Shown: one piece after another, positions 26,601 through 41,900 of the stretch
How positions within the stretch are numbered: the first letter of the stretch is position 1
Layout: each line of letters starts with the position of its first letter
DNA from: Eledone cirrhosa
Lineage: Eukaryota
Length of the DNA: 64,000 nt
Assembly: GCA_964016885.1 (NCBI GenBank)
Contig: CAXHJY010000096.1
Span: 2,852,001 to 2,916,000, forward strand
Reading direction: 5' to 3'
Notes under the pieces: model-generated
The model's input: the letters and a program-made list of their open reading frames with translations, nothing else
Told to the model about the DNA's origin: nothing
Database searches by the model: none
Program-made: the position numbers and the translations under genes

Positions 26601-29600
26601 TAATTTCTAGCCGTCCAAGGGGAGATAAATTCCAGCCTCCAAGGTGAGATAATTTCCAGCCAGCCAAGGGGAGATAATTTGTAAAAAAATCAGGGGGAGA
26701 TAATTTGTAAAAAAAATCAGGGGGAGATAATTTGTAAAAAAAAATCAGGGGGAGATAATTTGTAAAAAAAAATCAGGGGGAGATAATTTGTAAAAAAAAA
26801 TCAGGGTGAGATAATTTGCAAAAAGAATCAGGGGGAGATAATTTGTAAAAAAAAATCAGGGGTAGATAATTTGTAAAAAAAAATCAGGGGGAGATAATTT
26901 GTAAAAAAAAATCAGGGGGAGATAATTTGTAAAAAAAATCAAGGGGAGATAATTTCCAGCCGTCCAAGGAGAGATAATTTAAAAAAAAATCAGGCGGAGA
27001 TAATTTGTAAAAAAAAATCAGGGGGAGATAATTTGTAAAAAAAATCAGGGGGAGATAATTTGTAAAAAAAAATCAGGGGTAGATAATTTGTAAAAAAAAA
27101 TCAGGGGGAGATAATTTGTAAAAAAAAATCAGGAGGAGATAATTTGTAAAAAAAATCAAGGGGAGATAATTTCCAGCCGTCCAAGGAGAGATAATTTAAA
27201 AAAAAATCAGGCGGAGATAATTTGTAAAAAAAAATCAGGGGGAGATAATTTGTAAAAAAAAATCAGGGGGAGATAATTTGTAAAAAAAATCAAGGGGAGA
27301 TAATTTCCAGCCGTCCAAGGGGAGATAATTTTCAGCCGTCCAAGGGGAGATAATTTCCAGCCAGCGAAGGGGAGATAATTTTTTTTAAAAAATCATTGGG
27401 AGATTTGTAAAAAAAATCAGGGGGAGATAATTTGTAAAAAAAATCAAGGGGAGATAATTTCCAGCCGTCCAAGGGGAGGTAATATCTAGCCGTCCAAGGG
27501 GAGATAATTTCCAGCCGTCCAAGGGGAGATAATTTCCAGCCGTCCCAGGGTAGATAATATCCAGCCGCCCAAGGACATATTTTCCAGCCGTCCAAGGAGA
27601 GGTAATTTCTAGCCGTCCAAGGGGAGATAAATTCCAGCCTCCAAGGGGAGATAATTTCCAGCCAGCCAAGGGGAGATAATTTGTAAAAAAATCAGGGGGA
27701 GATAATTTGTAAAAAAAATCAGGGGGAGATAATTTGTAAAAAAAAATCAGGGGGAGATAATTTGTAAAAAAAAATCAGGGGGAGATAATTTGCAAAAAAA
27801 ATCAGGGGGAGATAATTTGTAAAAAAAAATCAGGGGTAGATAATTTGTAAAAAAAAATCAGGGGGAGATAATTTGTAAAAAAAAATCAGGGGGAGATAAT
27901 TTGTAAAAAGAATCAAGGGGAGATAATTTCCAGCCGTCCAAGGAGAGATAATTTTAAAAAAAATCAGGCGGAGATAATTTGTAAAAAAAAATCAGGGGGA
28001 GATAATTTGTAAAAAAAATCAGGGGGAGATAATTTGTAAAAAAAAATCAGGGGTAGATAATTTGTAAAAAAAAATCAGGGGGAGATAATTTGTAAAAAAA
28101 AATCAGGGGGAGATAATTTGTAAAAAAAATCAAGGGGAGATAATTTCCAGCCGTCCAAGGAGAGATAATTTTAAAAAAAATCAGGCGGAGATAATTTGTA
28201 AAAAAAAATTAGGGGGAGATAATTTGTAAAAAAAAATCAGGGGGAGATAATTTGTAAAAAAAATCAAGGGGAGATAATTTCCAGCCGTCCAAGGGGAGAT
28301 AATTTTCAGCCGTCCAAGGGGAGATAATTTCCCGCCAGCCAAGGGAAGATAATATTCAAAAAAATCAGGCGGAGATAATTTGTAAAAAAAATCAGGGGGA
28401 GATAATTTGTAAAAAAATCAGGGGGAGATAATTTGTAAAAAAAAAAATCAGGGGGAGATAATTTGTAAAAAAAATCAGGGGGAGATAATTTGTAAAAAAA
28501 AATCAGGGGTAGATAATTTGTAAAAAAAAATCAGGGGGAGATAATTTGTAAAAAAAAATCAGGGGGAGATAATTTGTAAAAAAAATGAAAGGGGAGATAA
28601 TATCCAGCCGTCCAAGGGGAGATAATTTCCAGCCGTCCAAGGGGAGATAATTTCCAGCCGTCCAAGGGGAGATAATTTCCATCCTTCCAAGGGGATATAA
28701 TTTCCAGCCGTCCAAGGGGAGATAATTTCCATCCTTCCAAGGGGATATAATTTCCAGCCGTCCAAGGGGAGATAATTTTCAGCCGTCCAAGGAGAGGTAA
28801 TTTCTAGCCGTCCAAGGAGAGATAATTTCCAGCCGTCCAAGGGGAGATAATTTCCAGCCGTCCAAGGGGAGATAATTTCCAGCCGTCCAAGGAGACATAT
28901 TTTCCAGCCGTCCAAGGAGAGGTAATTCCTAGCCGTCCAAGGGGAGATAAATTCCAGCCTCCAAGGGGAGATAATTTCCAGCCAGCCAAGGGGAGATAAT
29001 TTGTAAAAAAAATCAGGGGGAGATAATTTGTAAAAAAAATCAGGGGGAGATAATTTGTAAAAAAAAATCAGGGGGAGATAATTTGTAAAAAATAATCAGG
29101 GGGAGATAATTTGTAAAAAAAATCAAGGGGAGATAATTTCCAGCCGTCCAAGGGGAGATAATTTTCAGCCGTCCAAGGGGAGATAATTTCCCGCCAGCCA
29201 AGGGAAGATAATATTTAAAAAAATTAGGCGGAGATAATTTGTAAAAAAAATCAGGGGGAGATAATTTGTAAAAAAATCAGGGGGAGATAATTTGTAAAAA
29301 AAATCAGGGGGAGATAATTTGTAAAAAAAATCAGGGGGAGATAATTTGTAAAAAAAAATCAGGGGGAGATAATTTGTAAAAAAAATCAAGGGGAGATAAT
29401 TTCCAGCCGTCCAAGGGAAGATAATTTCCAGCCCTCCAAGGGGCTATAATTTCCAGCGTCCAAGGGGAGATAATTTCCAGCCAGCGAAGGGGAGATAATT
29501 TTTTTTAAAAAATCATTGGGAGATTTGTAAAAAAAATCAGGGGGAGATAATTTGTAAAAAAAATCAAGGGGAGATAATTTCCAGCCGTCCAAGGGGAGGT

Positions 29601-29900
29601 AATATCTAGCCGTCCAAGGGGAGATAATTTCCAGCCGTCCAAGGGGAGATAATTTCCAGCCGTCCAAGGGTAGATAATATCCAGCCGTCCAAGGACATAT
29701 TTTCCAGCCGTCCAAGGAGAGGTAATTTCTAGCCGTCCAAGGGGAGATAAATTCCAGCCTCCAAGGTGAGATAATTTCCAGCCAGCCAAGGGGAGATAAT
29801 TTGTAAAAAAATCAGGGGGAGATAATTTGTAAAAAAAATCAGGGGGAGATAATTTGTAAAAAAAAATCAGGGGGAGATAATTTGTAAAAAAAAATCAGGG
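23640..29900 (+). repeat. ~3.04-3.12-kb higher-order repeat, about two tandem copies
   Basis: Landmarks 24290/27332, 25461/28503 and 25762/28804 (3042); 26593/29715 (3122). Confidence 0.88.
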
Positions 29901-32900
29901 GGAGATAATTTGTAAAAAAAAATCAGGGGGAGATAATTTGTAAAAAAATCAAGGGGAGATAATTTCCAGCCGTCCAAGGGGAGATAATTTTCAGCCGTCC
30001 AAGGGGAGATAATTTCCCGCCAGCCAAGGGAAGATAATATTTGAAAAAATCAGGCGGAGATAATTTGTAAAAAAAATCAGGGGGAGATAATTTGTAAAAA
30101 AATCAGGGGGAGATAATTTGTAAAAAAAAATCAGGGGGAGATAATTTGTAAAAAGAATCAGGGGGAGATAATTTGTAAAAAAAAATCAGGGGTAGATAAA
30201 TTGTAAAAAAAAATCAGGGGGAGATAATTTGTAAAAAAAATCAGGGGGAGATAATTTGTAAAAAAAATGAAAGGGGAGATAATATCCAGCCGTCCAAGGG
30301 GAGATAATTTCCAGCCGTCCAAGGGGAGATAATTTCCAGCCGTCCAAGGGGAGATAATTTCCATCCTTCCAAGGGGATATAATTTCCAGCCGTCCAAGGG
30401 GAGATAATTTCCCGCCAGCCAAGGGAAGATAATTTTTAAAAAAATCAGGCGGAGATTGTAAAAAAAATCAGGGGGGAGATAATTTGTAAAAAAATCAGGG
30501 GGAGATAATTTGTAAAAAAAAATCAGGGGGAGATAATTTGTAAAAAATATTCAGGGGGAGATAATTTGTAAAAAAAAATCAAGGGGAGATAATTTCCAGC
30601 CGTCCAAGGGGAGATAATTTCCCGCCAGCCAAGGGAAGATAATATTAAAAAAAATTAGGCGGAGATAATTTGTAAAAAAAATCAGGGGGAGATAATTTGT
30701 AAAAAAATCAGGGGGAGATAATTTGTAAAAAAAATCAGGGGGAGATAATTTGTAAAAAAATTCATGGGGAGATAATTTGTAAAAAAAAATCAGGGGTAGA
30801 TAATTTGTAAAAAAAAATCAGGGGGAGATAATTTGTAAAAAAAAATCAGGGGGAGATAATTTGTAAAAAAAATCAAGGGGAGATAATTTTCAGCCGTCCA
30901 AGGAGAGGTAATTTCTAGCCGTCCAAGGGGAGATAATTTCCAGCCGTCCAAGGGGAGGTAATTTCCAGCCGTCCAAGGGGAGATAATTTTAAAAAAAAAA
31001 TCAGGCGGAGATAATTTGTAAAAAAAATCAAGGGGAGATAATTTGCAGCCGTCCAAGGGGAGATAATTTTCAGTCGTCCAAGGAGAGGTAATTTCTAGCC
31101 GTCCAAGGGGAGATAATTGCCAGCCGTCCAAGGGGAGATAATTTCCAGCCGTCCAAGGGGAGATAATTTTTTTTAAAAAATCAGGCGGAGATAATTTGTA
31201 AAAAAAATCAGGGGGAGATAATTTGTAAACAAAATCAGGGGGAGATAATTTGTAAAAAAAAATCAGGGGGAGATAATTTGTAAAAAAAATCATGGAGAGA
31301 TAATTTCCAGCCGTCCAAGGTGAGATAATTTCCAGCCGTCCAAGGAGACATATTTTCCAGCCGTCCAAGGCGAGGTAATTTCTAGCCGTCCAAGGGGAGA
31401 TAAATTCCAGCCTCCAAGGTGAGATAATTTCCAGCTAGCCAAGTGGAGATAATTTGTAAAAAATCAGGGGGAGATAATTTGTAAAAAATATCAGGGAGAT
31501 AATTTGTAAAAAAAAATTAGGGGGAGATAATTTGTAAAAAAAATCAGGGGGAGATAATTTGTAAAAAAAAATCAGGGGGAGATAATTTGTAAAAAAAATC
31601 AAGGGGAGATAATTTCCAGCCGTCCAAGGGGAGATAATTTTCAGCCGTCCAGGGGGAGATAATTTCCCGCCAGCCAAGGGAAGATAATATTTAAAAAAAT
31701 CAGGCGGAGATAATTTGTAAAAAAAATCAGGGGGAGATAATTTGTAAAAAAATCAGGGGGAGATAATTTGTAAAAAAAAAATCAGGGGGAGATAATTTGT
31801 AAAAAAAATCAGGGGGAGATAATTTGTAAAAAAAAATCAGGGATAGATAATTTGTAAACAAAAATCAGGGGGAGATAATTTGTAAAAAAAAATCAGGGGG
31901 AGATAATTTGTAAAAAAAATGAAAGGGGAGATAATATCCAGCCGTCCAAGGGGAGATAATTTCCAGCCGTCCAAGGGGATATAATTTCCAGCCGTCCAAG
32001 GGGAGATAATTTCCATCCTTCCAAGGGGATATAATTTCCAGCCGTCCAAGGGGAGATAATTTCCCGCCAGCCAAGGGAAGATAATTTTTAAAAAAATCAG
32101 GCGGAGATTGTAAAAAAAATCAGGGGGGAGATAATTTGTAAAAAAATCAGGGGGAGATAATTTGTAAAAAATAATCAGGGGGAGATAATTTGTAAAAAAA
32201 TTCAAGGGGAGATAATTTCCAGCCGTCCAAGGGGAGATAATTTCCCGCCAGCCAAGGGAAGATAATATTTAAAAAAATTAGGCGGAGATAATTTGTAAAA
32301 AAAATCAGGGGGAGATAATTTGTAAAAAAATCAGGGGGAGATAATTTGTAAAAAAAATCAGGGGGAGATAATTTGTAAAAAAAATCATGGGGAGATAATT
32401 TGTAAAAAAAAATCAGGGGTAGATAATTTGTAAAAAAAAATCAGGGGGAGATAATTTGTAAAAAAAAATCAGGGGGAGATAATTTGTAAAAAAAATCAAG
32501 GGGAGATAATATCCAGCCGTCCAAGGAGAGATAATTTAAAAAAAAAATGAGGCGGAGATAATTTGTAAAAAAAAAATCAGGGGGAGTTAATTTGTAAAAA
32601 AAAATGAGGGGGAGATAATTTGTAAAAAAAATCAAGGGGAGATAATTTCCAGCCGTCCAAGGGGAGATAATTTTCAGCCGTCCAAGGAGAGGTAATTTCT
32701 AGCCGTCCAAGGGGAGATAATTTCCAGCCGTCCAAGGGGAGGTAATTTCCAGCCGTCCAAGGGGAGATAATTTTAAAAAAAAATCAGGCGGAGATAATTT
32801 GTAAAAAAAATCAAGGGGAGATAATTTGCAGCCGTCCAAGGGGAGATAATTTTCAGTCGTCCAAGGAGAGGTAATTTCTAGCCGTCCAAGGGGAGATAAT

Positions 32901-35900
32901 TTCCAGCCGTCCAAGGGGAGATAATTTCCAGCCGTCCAAGGGGAGATAATTTTTTTTAAAAAATCAGGCGGAGATAATTTGTAAAAAAAATCAGGGGGAG
33001 ATAATTTGTAAACAAAATCAGGGGGAGATAATTTGTAAAAAAAAATCAGGGGGAGATAATTTGTAAAAAAAATTAGGCGTAGATAATTTGTAAAAAAAAT
33101 CAGGGGGAGATAATTTGTAAAAAAAAATCAGGGGGAGATAATTTGTTTAAAAAATCAAGGGGAGATAATTTGCAGCCGTCCAAGGGGAGATAATTTTCAG
33201 CCGTCCAAGGAGAGGTAATTTCTAGCCGTTCAAGGGGAGATAATTTCCAGCCGTCCAAGGGGAGATAATTTCCAGCCGTCCAAGGGGAGATAATTTTTTT
33301 TAAAAAATCAGGCGGAGATAATTTGTAAAAAAAAATCAGGGGGAGATAATTCGTAAAAAAAAATCAGGGGGAGATAATTTGTAAAAAAAAATCAGGGGGA
33401 GATAATTTGTAAAAAAAATCAAGGGGAGATAATTTCCAGCCGTCCAAGGGGAGGTAATATCTAGCCGTCCAAGGGGAGATAATTTCCAGCCGTCCAAGGG
33501 GAGATAATTTCCAGCCGTCCAAGGGGAGATAATTTCCAGCCGTCCAAGGAGACATATTTTCCAGCCGTCCAAGGCGAGGTAATTTCTAGCCGTCCAAGGG
33601 GAGATTAATTCCAGCCTCCAAGGGGAGATAATTTCCAGCCAGCCAAGGGGAGATAATTTGTAAAAAAATCAGGGGGAGATAATTTGTAAAAAATATCAGG
33701 GAGATAATTTGTAAAAAAAATCAGCGGGAGATAATTTGTAAAAAAAAATCAGGGGTAGATAATTTGTAAAAAAAAATCAGGGGGAGATAATTTGTAAAAA
33801 AAAATCAGGGGGAGATAATTTGTAAAAAAAATCAAGGGGAGATAATTTCCAGCCGTCCAAGGAGAGATAATTTTAAAAAAAATCAGGCGGAGATAATTTG
33901 TAAAAAAAAATCAGGGGGAGATAATTTGTAAAAAAAATCAGGGGGAGATAATTTGTAAAAAAAAATCAGGGGTAGATAATTTGTAAAAAAAAATCAGGGG
34001 GAGATAATTTGTAAAAAAAAATCAGGGGGAGATAATTTGTAAAAAAAATCAAGGGGAGATAATTTCCAGCCGTCCAAGGAGAGATAATTTTTAAAAAAAT
34101 CAGGCGGAGATAATTTGTAAAAAAAAATTAGGGGGAGATAATTTGTAAAAAAAAATCAGGGGGAGATAATTTGTAAAAAAAATCAAGGGGAGATAATTTC
34201 CAGCCGTCCAAGGGGAGATAATTTTCAGCCGTCCAAGGGGAGATAATTTCCCGCCAGCCAAGGGAAGATAATATTCAAAAAAATCAGGCGGAGATAATTT
34301 GTAAAAAAAATCAGGGGGAGATAATTTGTAAAAAAATCAGGGGGAGATAATTTGTAAAAAAAAAAATCAGGGGGAGATAATTTGTAAAAAAAATCAGGGG
34401 GAGATAATTTGTAAAAAAAAATCAGGGGTAGATAATTTGTAAAAAAAAATCAGGGGGAGATAATTTGTAAAAAAAAATCAGGGGGAGATAATTTGTAAAA
34501 AAAATGAAAGGGGAGATAATATCCAGCCGTCCAAGGGGAGATAATTTCCAGCCGTCCAAGGGGAGATAATTTCCAGCCCTCCAAGGGGAGATAATTTCCA
34601 TCCTTCCAAGGGGATATAATTTCCAGCCGTCCAAGGGGAGATAATTTCCATCCTTCCAAGGGGATATAATTTCCAGCCGTCCAAGGGGAGATAATTTTCA
34701 GCCGTCCAAGGAGAGGTAATTTCTAGCCGTCCAAGGAGAGATAATTTCCAGCCGTCCAAGGGGAGATAATTTCCAGCCGTCCAAGGGGAGATAATTTCCA
34801 GCCGTCCAAGGAGACATATTTTCCAGCCGTCCAAGGAGAGGTAATTCCTAGCCGTCCAAGGGGAGATAAATTCCAGCCTCCAAGGGGAGATAATTTCCAG
34901 CCAGCCAAGGGGAGATAATTTGTAAAAAAAATCAGGGGGAGATAATTTGTAAAAAAAATCAGGGGGAGATAATTTGTAAAAAAAAATCAGGGGGAGATAA
35001 TTTGTAAAAAATAATCAGGGGGAGATAATTTGTAAAAAAAATCAAGGGGAGATAATTTCCAGCCGTCCAAGGGGAGATAATTTTCAGCCGTCCAAGGGGA
35101 GATAATTTCCCGCCAGCCAAGGGAAGATAATATTTAAAAAAATTAGGCGGAGATAATTTGTAAAAAAAATCAGGGGGAGATAATTTGTAAAAAAATCAGG
35201 GGGAGATAATTTGTAAAAAAAATCAGGGGGAGATAATTTGTAAAAAAAATCAGGGGGAGATAATTTGTATAAAAAAATCAGGGGGAGATAATTTGTAAAA
35301 AAAATCAAGGGGAGATAATTTCCAGCCGTCCAAGGGAAGATAATTTCCAGCCCTCCAAGGGGCTATAATTTCCAGCGTCCAAGGGGAGATAATTTCCAGC
35401 CAGCGAAGGGGAGATAATTTTTTTTTAAAAATCATTGGGAGATTTGTAAAAAAAATCAGGGGGAGATAATTTGTAAAAAAAATCAAGGGGAGATAATTTC
35501 CAGCCGTCCAAGGGGAGGTAATATCTAGCCGTCCAAGGGGAGATAATTTCCAGCCGTCCAAGGGGAGATAATTTCCAGCCGTCCAAGGGTAGATAATATC
35601 CAGCCGTCCAAGGACATATTTTCCAGCCGTCCAAGGAGAGGTAATTTCTAGCCGTCCAAGGGGAGATAAATTCCAGCCTCCAAGGTGAGATAATTTCCAG
35701 CCAGCCAAGGGGAGATAATTTGTAAAAAAATCAGGGGGAGATAATTTGTAAAAAAAATCAGGGGGAGATAATTTGTAAAAAAAAATCAGGGGGAGATAAT
35801 TTGTAAAAAAAAATCAGGGGGAGATAATTTGTAAAAAAAAATCAGGGTGAGATAATTTGCAAAAAAAATCAGGGGGAGATAATTTGTAAAAAAAAATCAG

Positions 35901-38900
35901 GGGTAGATAATTTGTAAAAAAAAATCAGGGGGAGATAATTTGTAAAAAAAAATCAGGGGGAGATAATTTGTAAAAAAAATCAAGGGGAGATAATTTCCAG
36001 CCGTCCAAGGAGAGATAATTTAAAAAAAAATCAGGCGGAGATAATTTGTAAAAAAAAATCAGGGGGAGATAATTTGTAAAAAAAATCAGGGGGAGATAAT
36101 TTGTAAAAAAAAATCAGGGGTAGATAATTTGTAAAAAAAAATCAGGGGGAGATAATTTGTAAAAAAAAATCAGGAGGAGATAATTTGTAAAAAAAATCAA
36201 GGGGAGATAATTTCCAGCCGTCCAAGGAGAGATAATTTAAAAAAAAATCAGGCGGAGATAATTTGTAAAAAAAAATCAGGGGGAGATAATTTGTAAAAAA
36301 AAATCAGGGGGAGATAATTTGTAAAAAAAATCAAGGGGAGATAATTTCCAGCCGTCCAAGGGGAGATAATTTTCAGCCGTCCAAGGGGAGATAATTTCCA
36401 GCCAGCGAAGGGGAGATAATTTTTTTTAAAAAATCATTGGGAGATTTGTAAAAAAAATCAGGGGGAGATAATTTGTAAAAAAAATCAAGGGGAGATAATT
36501 TCCAGCCGTCCAAGGAGAGGTAATATCTAGCCGTCCAAGGGGAGATAATTTCCAGCCGTCCAAGGGGAGATAATTTCCAGCCGTCCCAGGGTAGATAATA
36601 TCCAGCCGCCCAAGGACATATTTTCCAGCCGTCCAAGGAGAGGTAATTTCTAGCCGTCCAAGGGGAGATAAATTCCAGCCTCCAAGGGGAGATAATTTCC
36701 AGCCAGCCAAGGGGAGATAATTTGTAAAAAAATCAGGGGGAGATAATTTGTAAAAAAAATCAGGGGGAGATAATTTGTAAAAAAAAATCAGGGGGAGATA
36801 ATTTGTAAAAAAAAATCAGGGGGAGATAATTTGCAAAAAAAATCAGGGGGAGATAATTTGTAAAAAAAAATCAGGGGTAGATAATTTGTAAAAAAAAATC
36901 AGGGGGAGATAATTTGTAAAAAAAAATCAGGGGGAGATAATTTGTAAAAAAAATCAAGGGGAGATAATTTCCAGCCGTCCAAGGAGAGATAATTTTAAAA
37001 AAAATCAGGCGGAGATAATTTGTAAAAAAAAATCAGGGGGAGATAATTTGTAAAAAAAATCAGGGGGAGATAATTTGTAAAAAAAAATCAGGGGTAGATA
37101 ATTTGTAAAAAAAAATCAGGGGGAGATAATTTGTAAAAAAAAATCAGGGGGAGATAATTTGTAAAAAAAATCAAGGGGAGATAATTTCCAGCCGTCCAAG
37201 GAGAGATAATTTTAAAAAAAATCAGGCGGAGATAATTTGTAAAAAAAAATTAGGGGGAGATAATTTGTAAAAAAAAATCAGGGGGAGATAATTTGTAAAA
37301 AAAATCAAGGGGAGATAATTTCCAGCCGTCCAAGGGGAGATAATTTTCAGCCGTCCAAGGGGAGATAATTTCCCGCCAGCCAAGGGAAGATAATATTCAA
37401 AAAAATCAGGCGGAGATAATTTGTAAAAAAAATCAGGGGGAGATAATTTGTAAAAAAATCAGGGGGAGATAATTTGTAAAAAAAAAATCAGGGGGAGATA
37501 ATTTGTAAAAAAAATCAGGGGGAGATAATTTGTAAAAAAAAATCAGGGGTAGATAATTTGTAAAAAAAAATCAGGGGGAGATAATTTGTAAAAAAAAATC
37601 AGGGGGAGATAATTTGTAAAAAAAATGAAAGGGGAGATAATATCCAGCCGTCCAAGGGGAGATAATTTCCAGCCGTCCAAGGGGAGATAATTTCCAGCCG
37701 TCCAAGGGGAGATAATTTCCATCCTTCCAAGGGGATATAATTTCCAGCCGTCCAAGGGGAGATAATTTCCATCCTTCCAAGGGGATATAATTTCCAGCCG
37801 TCCAAGGGGAGATAATTTTCAGCCGTCCAAGGAGAGGTAATTTCTAGCCGTCCAAGGAGAGATAATTTCCAGCCGTCCAAGGGGAGATAATTTCCAGCCG
37901 TCCAAGGGGAGATAATTTCCAGCCGTCCAAGGAGACATATTTTCCAGCCGTCCAAGGAGAGGTAATTCCTAGCCGTCCAAGGGGAGATAAATTCCAGCCT
38001 CCAAGGGGAGATAATTTCCAGCCAGCCAAGGGGAGATAATTTGTAAAAAAAATCAGGGGGAGATAATTTGTAAAAAAAATCAGGGGGAGATAATTTGTAA
38101 AAAAAAATCAGGGGGAGATAATTTGTAAAAAATAATCAGGGGGAGATAATTTGTAAAAAAAATCAAGGGGAGATAATTTCCAGCCGTCCAAGGGGAGATA
38201 ATTTTCAGCCGTCCAAGGGGAGATAATTTCCCGCCAGCCAAGGGAAGATAATATTTAAAAAAATTAGGCGGAGATAATTTGTAAAAAAAATCAGGGGGAG
38301 ATAATTTGTAAAAAAATCAGGGGGAGATAATTTGTAAAAAAAATCAGGGGGAGATAATTTGTAAAAAAAATCAGGGGGAGATAATTTGTAAAAAAAAATC
38401 AGGGGGAGATAATTTGTAAAAAAAATCAAGGGGAGATAATTTCCAGCCGTCCAAGGGAAGATAATTTCCAGCCCTCCAAGGGGCTATAATTTCCAGCGTC
38501 CAAGGGGAGATAATTTCCAGCCAGCGAAGGGGAGATAATTTTTTTTAAAAAATCATTGGGAGATTTGTAAAAAAAATCAGGGGGAGATAATTTGTAAAAA
38601 AAATCAAGGGGAGATAATTTCCAGCCGTCCAAGGGGAGGTAATATCTAGCCGTCCAAGGGGAGATAATTTCCAGCCGTCCAAGGGGAGATAATTTCCAGC
38701 CGTCCAAGGGTAGATAATATCCAGCCGTCCAAGGACATATTTTCCAGCCGTCCAAGGAGAGGTAATTTCTAGCCGTCCAAGGGGAGATAAATTCCAGCCT
38801 CCAAGGTGAGATAATTTCCAGCCAGCCAAGGGGAGATAATTTGTAAAAAAATCAGGGGGAGATAATTTGTAAAAAAAATCAGGGGGAGATAATTTGTAAA

Positions 38901-41900
38901 AAAAAATCAGGGGGAGATAATTTGTAAAAAAAAATCAGGGGGAGATAATTTGTAAAAAAAAATCAGGGGGAGATAATTTGTAAAAAAATCAAGGGGAGAT
39001 AATTTCCAGCCGTCCAAGGGGAGATAATTTTCAGCCGTCCAAGGGGAGATAATTTCCCGCCAGCCAAGGGAAGATAATATTTGAAAAAATCAGGCGGAGA
39101 TAATTTGTAAAAAAAATCAGGGGGAGATAATTTGTAAAAAAATCAGGGGGAGATAATTTGTAAAAAAAAAATCAGGGGGAGATAATTTGTAAAAAGAATC
39201 AGGGGGAGATAATTTGTAAAAAAAAATCAGGGGTAGATAAATTGTAAAAAAAAATCAGGGTGAGATAATTTGTAAAAAAAATCAGGGGGAGATAATTTGT
39301 AAAAAAAATGAAAGGGGAGATAATATCCAGCCGTCCAAGGGGAGATAATTTCCAGCCGTCCAAGGGGAGATAATTTCCAGCCGTCCAAGGGGAGATAATT
39401 TCCATCCTTCCAAGGGGATATAATTTCCAGCCGTCCAAGGGGAGATAATTTCCCGCCAGCCAAGGGAAGATAATTTTTAAAAAAATCAGGCGGAGATTGT
39501 AAAAAAAATCAGGGGGGAGATAATTTGTAAAAAAATCAGGGGGAGATAATTTGTAAAAAAAAATCAGGGGGAGATAATTTGTAAAAAATATTCAGGGGGA
39601 GATAATTTGTAAAAAAAAATCAAGGGGAGATAATTTCCAGCCGTCCAAGGGGAGATAATTTCCCGCCAGCCAAGGGAAGATAATATTTAAAAAAATTAGG
39701 CGGAGATAATTTGTAAAAAAAATCAGGGGGAGATAATTTGTAAAAAAATCAGGAGGAGATAATTTGTAAAAAAAATCAGGGGGAGATAATTTGTAAAAAA
39801 ATTCATGGGGAGATAATTTGTAAAAAAAAATCAGGGGTAGATAATTTGTAAAAAAAAATCAGGGGGAGATAATTTGTAAAAAAAAATCAGGGGGAGATAA
39901 TTTGTAAAAAAAATCAAGGGGAGATAATTTTCAGCCGTCCAAGGAGAGGTAATTTCTAGCCGTCCAAGGGGAGATAATTTCCAGCCGTCCAAGGGGAGGT
40001 AATTTCCAGCCGTCCAAGGGGAGATAATTTTAAAAAAAAAATCAGGCGGAGATAATTTGTAAAAAAAATCAAGGGGAGATAATTTGCAGCCGTCCAAGGG
40101 GAGATAATTTTCAGTCGTCCAAGGAGAGGTAATTTCTAGCCGTCCAAGGGGAGATAATTGCCAGCCGTCCAAGGGGAGATAATTTCCAGCCGTCCAAGGG
40201 GAGATAATTTTTTTTAAAAAATCAGGCGGAGATAATTTGTAAAAAAAATCAGGGGGAGATAATTTGTAAACAAAATCAGGGGGAGATAATTTGTAAAAAA
40301 AAATCAGGGGGAGATAATTTGTAAAAAAAATCATGGAGAGATAATTTCCAGCCGTCCAAGGTGAGATAATTTCCAGCCGTCCAAGGAGACATATTTTCCA
40401 GCCGTCCAAGGCGAGGTAATTTCTAGCCGTCCAAGGGGAGATAAATTCCAGCCTCCAAGGGGAGATAATTTCCAGCTAGCCAAGTGGAGATAATTTGTAA
40501 AAAAATCAGGGGGAGATAATTTGTAAAAAATATCAGGGAGATAATTTGTAAAAAAAAATCAGGGGGAGATAATTTGTAAAAAAAATCAGGGGGAGATAAT
40601 TTGTAAAAAAAAATCAGGGGGAGATAATTTGTAAAAAAAATCAAGGGGAGATAATTTCCAGCCGTCCAAGGGGAGATAATTTTCAGCCGTCCAAGGGGAG
40701 ATAATTTCCCGCCAGCCAAGGGAAGATAATATTTAAAAAAATCAGGCGGAGATAATTTGTAAAAAAAATCAGGGGGAGATAATTTGTAAAAAAATCAGGG
40801 GGAGATAATTTGTAAAAAAAAAATCAGGGGGAGATAATTTGTAAAAAAAATCAGGGGGAGATAATTTGTAAAAAAAAATCAGGGATAGATAATTTGTAAA
40901 CAAAAATCAGGGGGAGATAATTTGTAAAAAAAAATCAGGGGGAGATAATTTGTAAAAAAAATGAAAGGGGAGATAATATCCAGCCGTCCAAGGGGAGATA
41001 ATTTCCAGCCGTCCAAGGGGATATAATTTCCAGTCGTCCAAGGGGAGATAATTTACATCCTTCCAAGGGGATATAATTTCCAGCCGTCCAAGGGGAGATA
41101 ATTTCCCGCCAGCCAAGGGAAGATAATTTTAAAAAAAATCAGGCGGAGATTGTAAAAAAAATCAGGGGGGAGATAATTTGTAAAAAAATCAGGGGGAGAT
41201 AATTTGTAAAAAATAATCAGGGGGAGATAATTTGTAAAAAAATTCAAGGGGAGATAATTTCCAGCCGTCCAAGGGGAGATAATTTCCCGCCAGCCAAGGG
41301 AAGATAATATTTAAAAAAATTAGGCGGAGATAATTTGTAAAAAAAATCAGGGGGAGATAATTTGTAAAAAAATCAGGGGGAGATAATTTGTAAAAAAAAT
41401 CAGGGGGAGATAATTTGTAAAAAAAATCATGGGGAGATAATTTGTAAAAAAAAATCAGGGGTAGATAATTTGTAAAAAAAAATCAGGGGGAGATAATTTG
41501 TAAAAAAAAATCAGGGGGAGATAATTTGTAAAAAAAATCAAGGGGAGATAATATCCAGCCGTCCAAGGAGAGATAATTTAAAAAAAAAATGAGGCGGAGA
41601 TAATTTGTAAAAAAAAAATCAGGGGGAGTTAATTTGTAAAAAAAAATGAGGGGGAGATAATTTGTAAAAAAAATCAAGGGGAGATAATTTCCAGCCGTCC
41701 AAGGGGAGATAATTTTCAGCCGTCCAAGGAGAGGTAATTTCTAGCCGTCCAAGGGGAGATAATTTCCAGCCGTCCAAGGGGAGGTAATTTCCAGCCGTCC
41801 AAGGGGAGATAATTTTAAAAAAAAATCAGGCGGAGATAATTTGTAAAAAAAATCAAGGGGAGATAATTTGCAGCCGTCCAAGGGGAGATAATTTTCAGTC

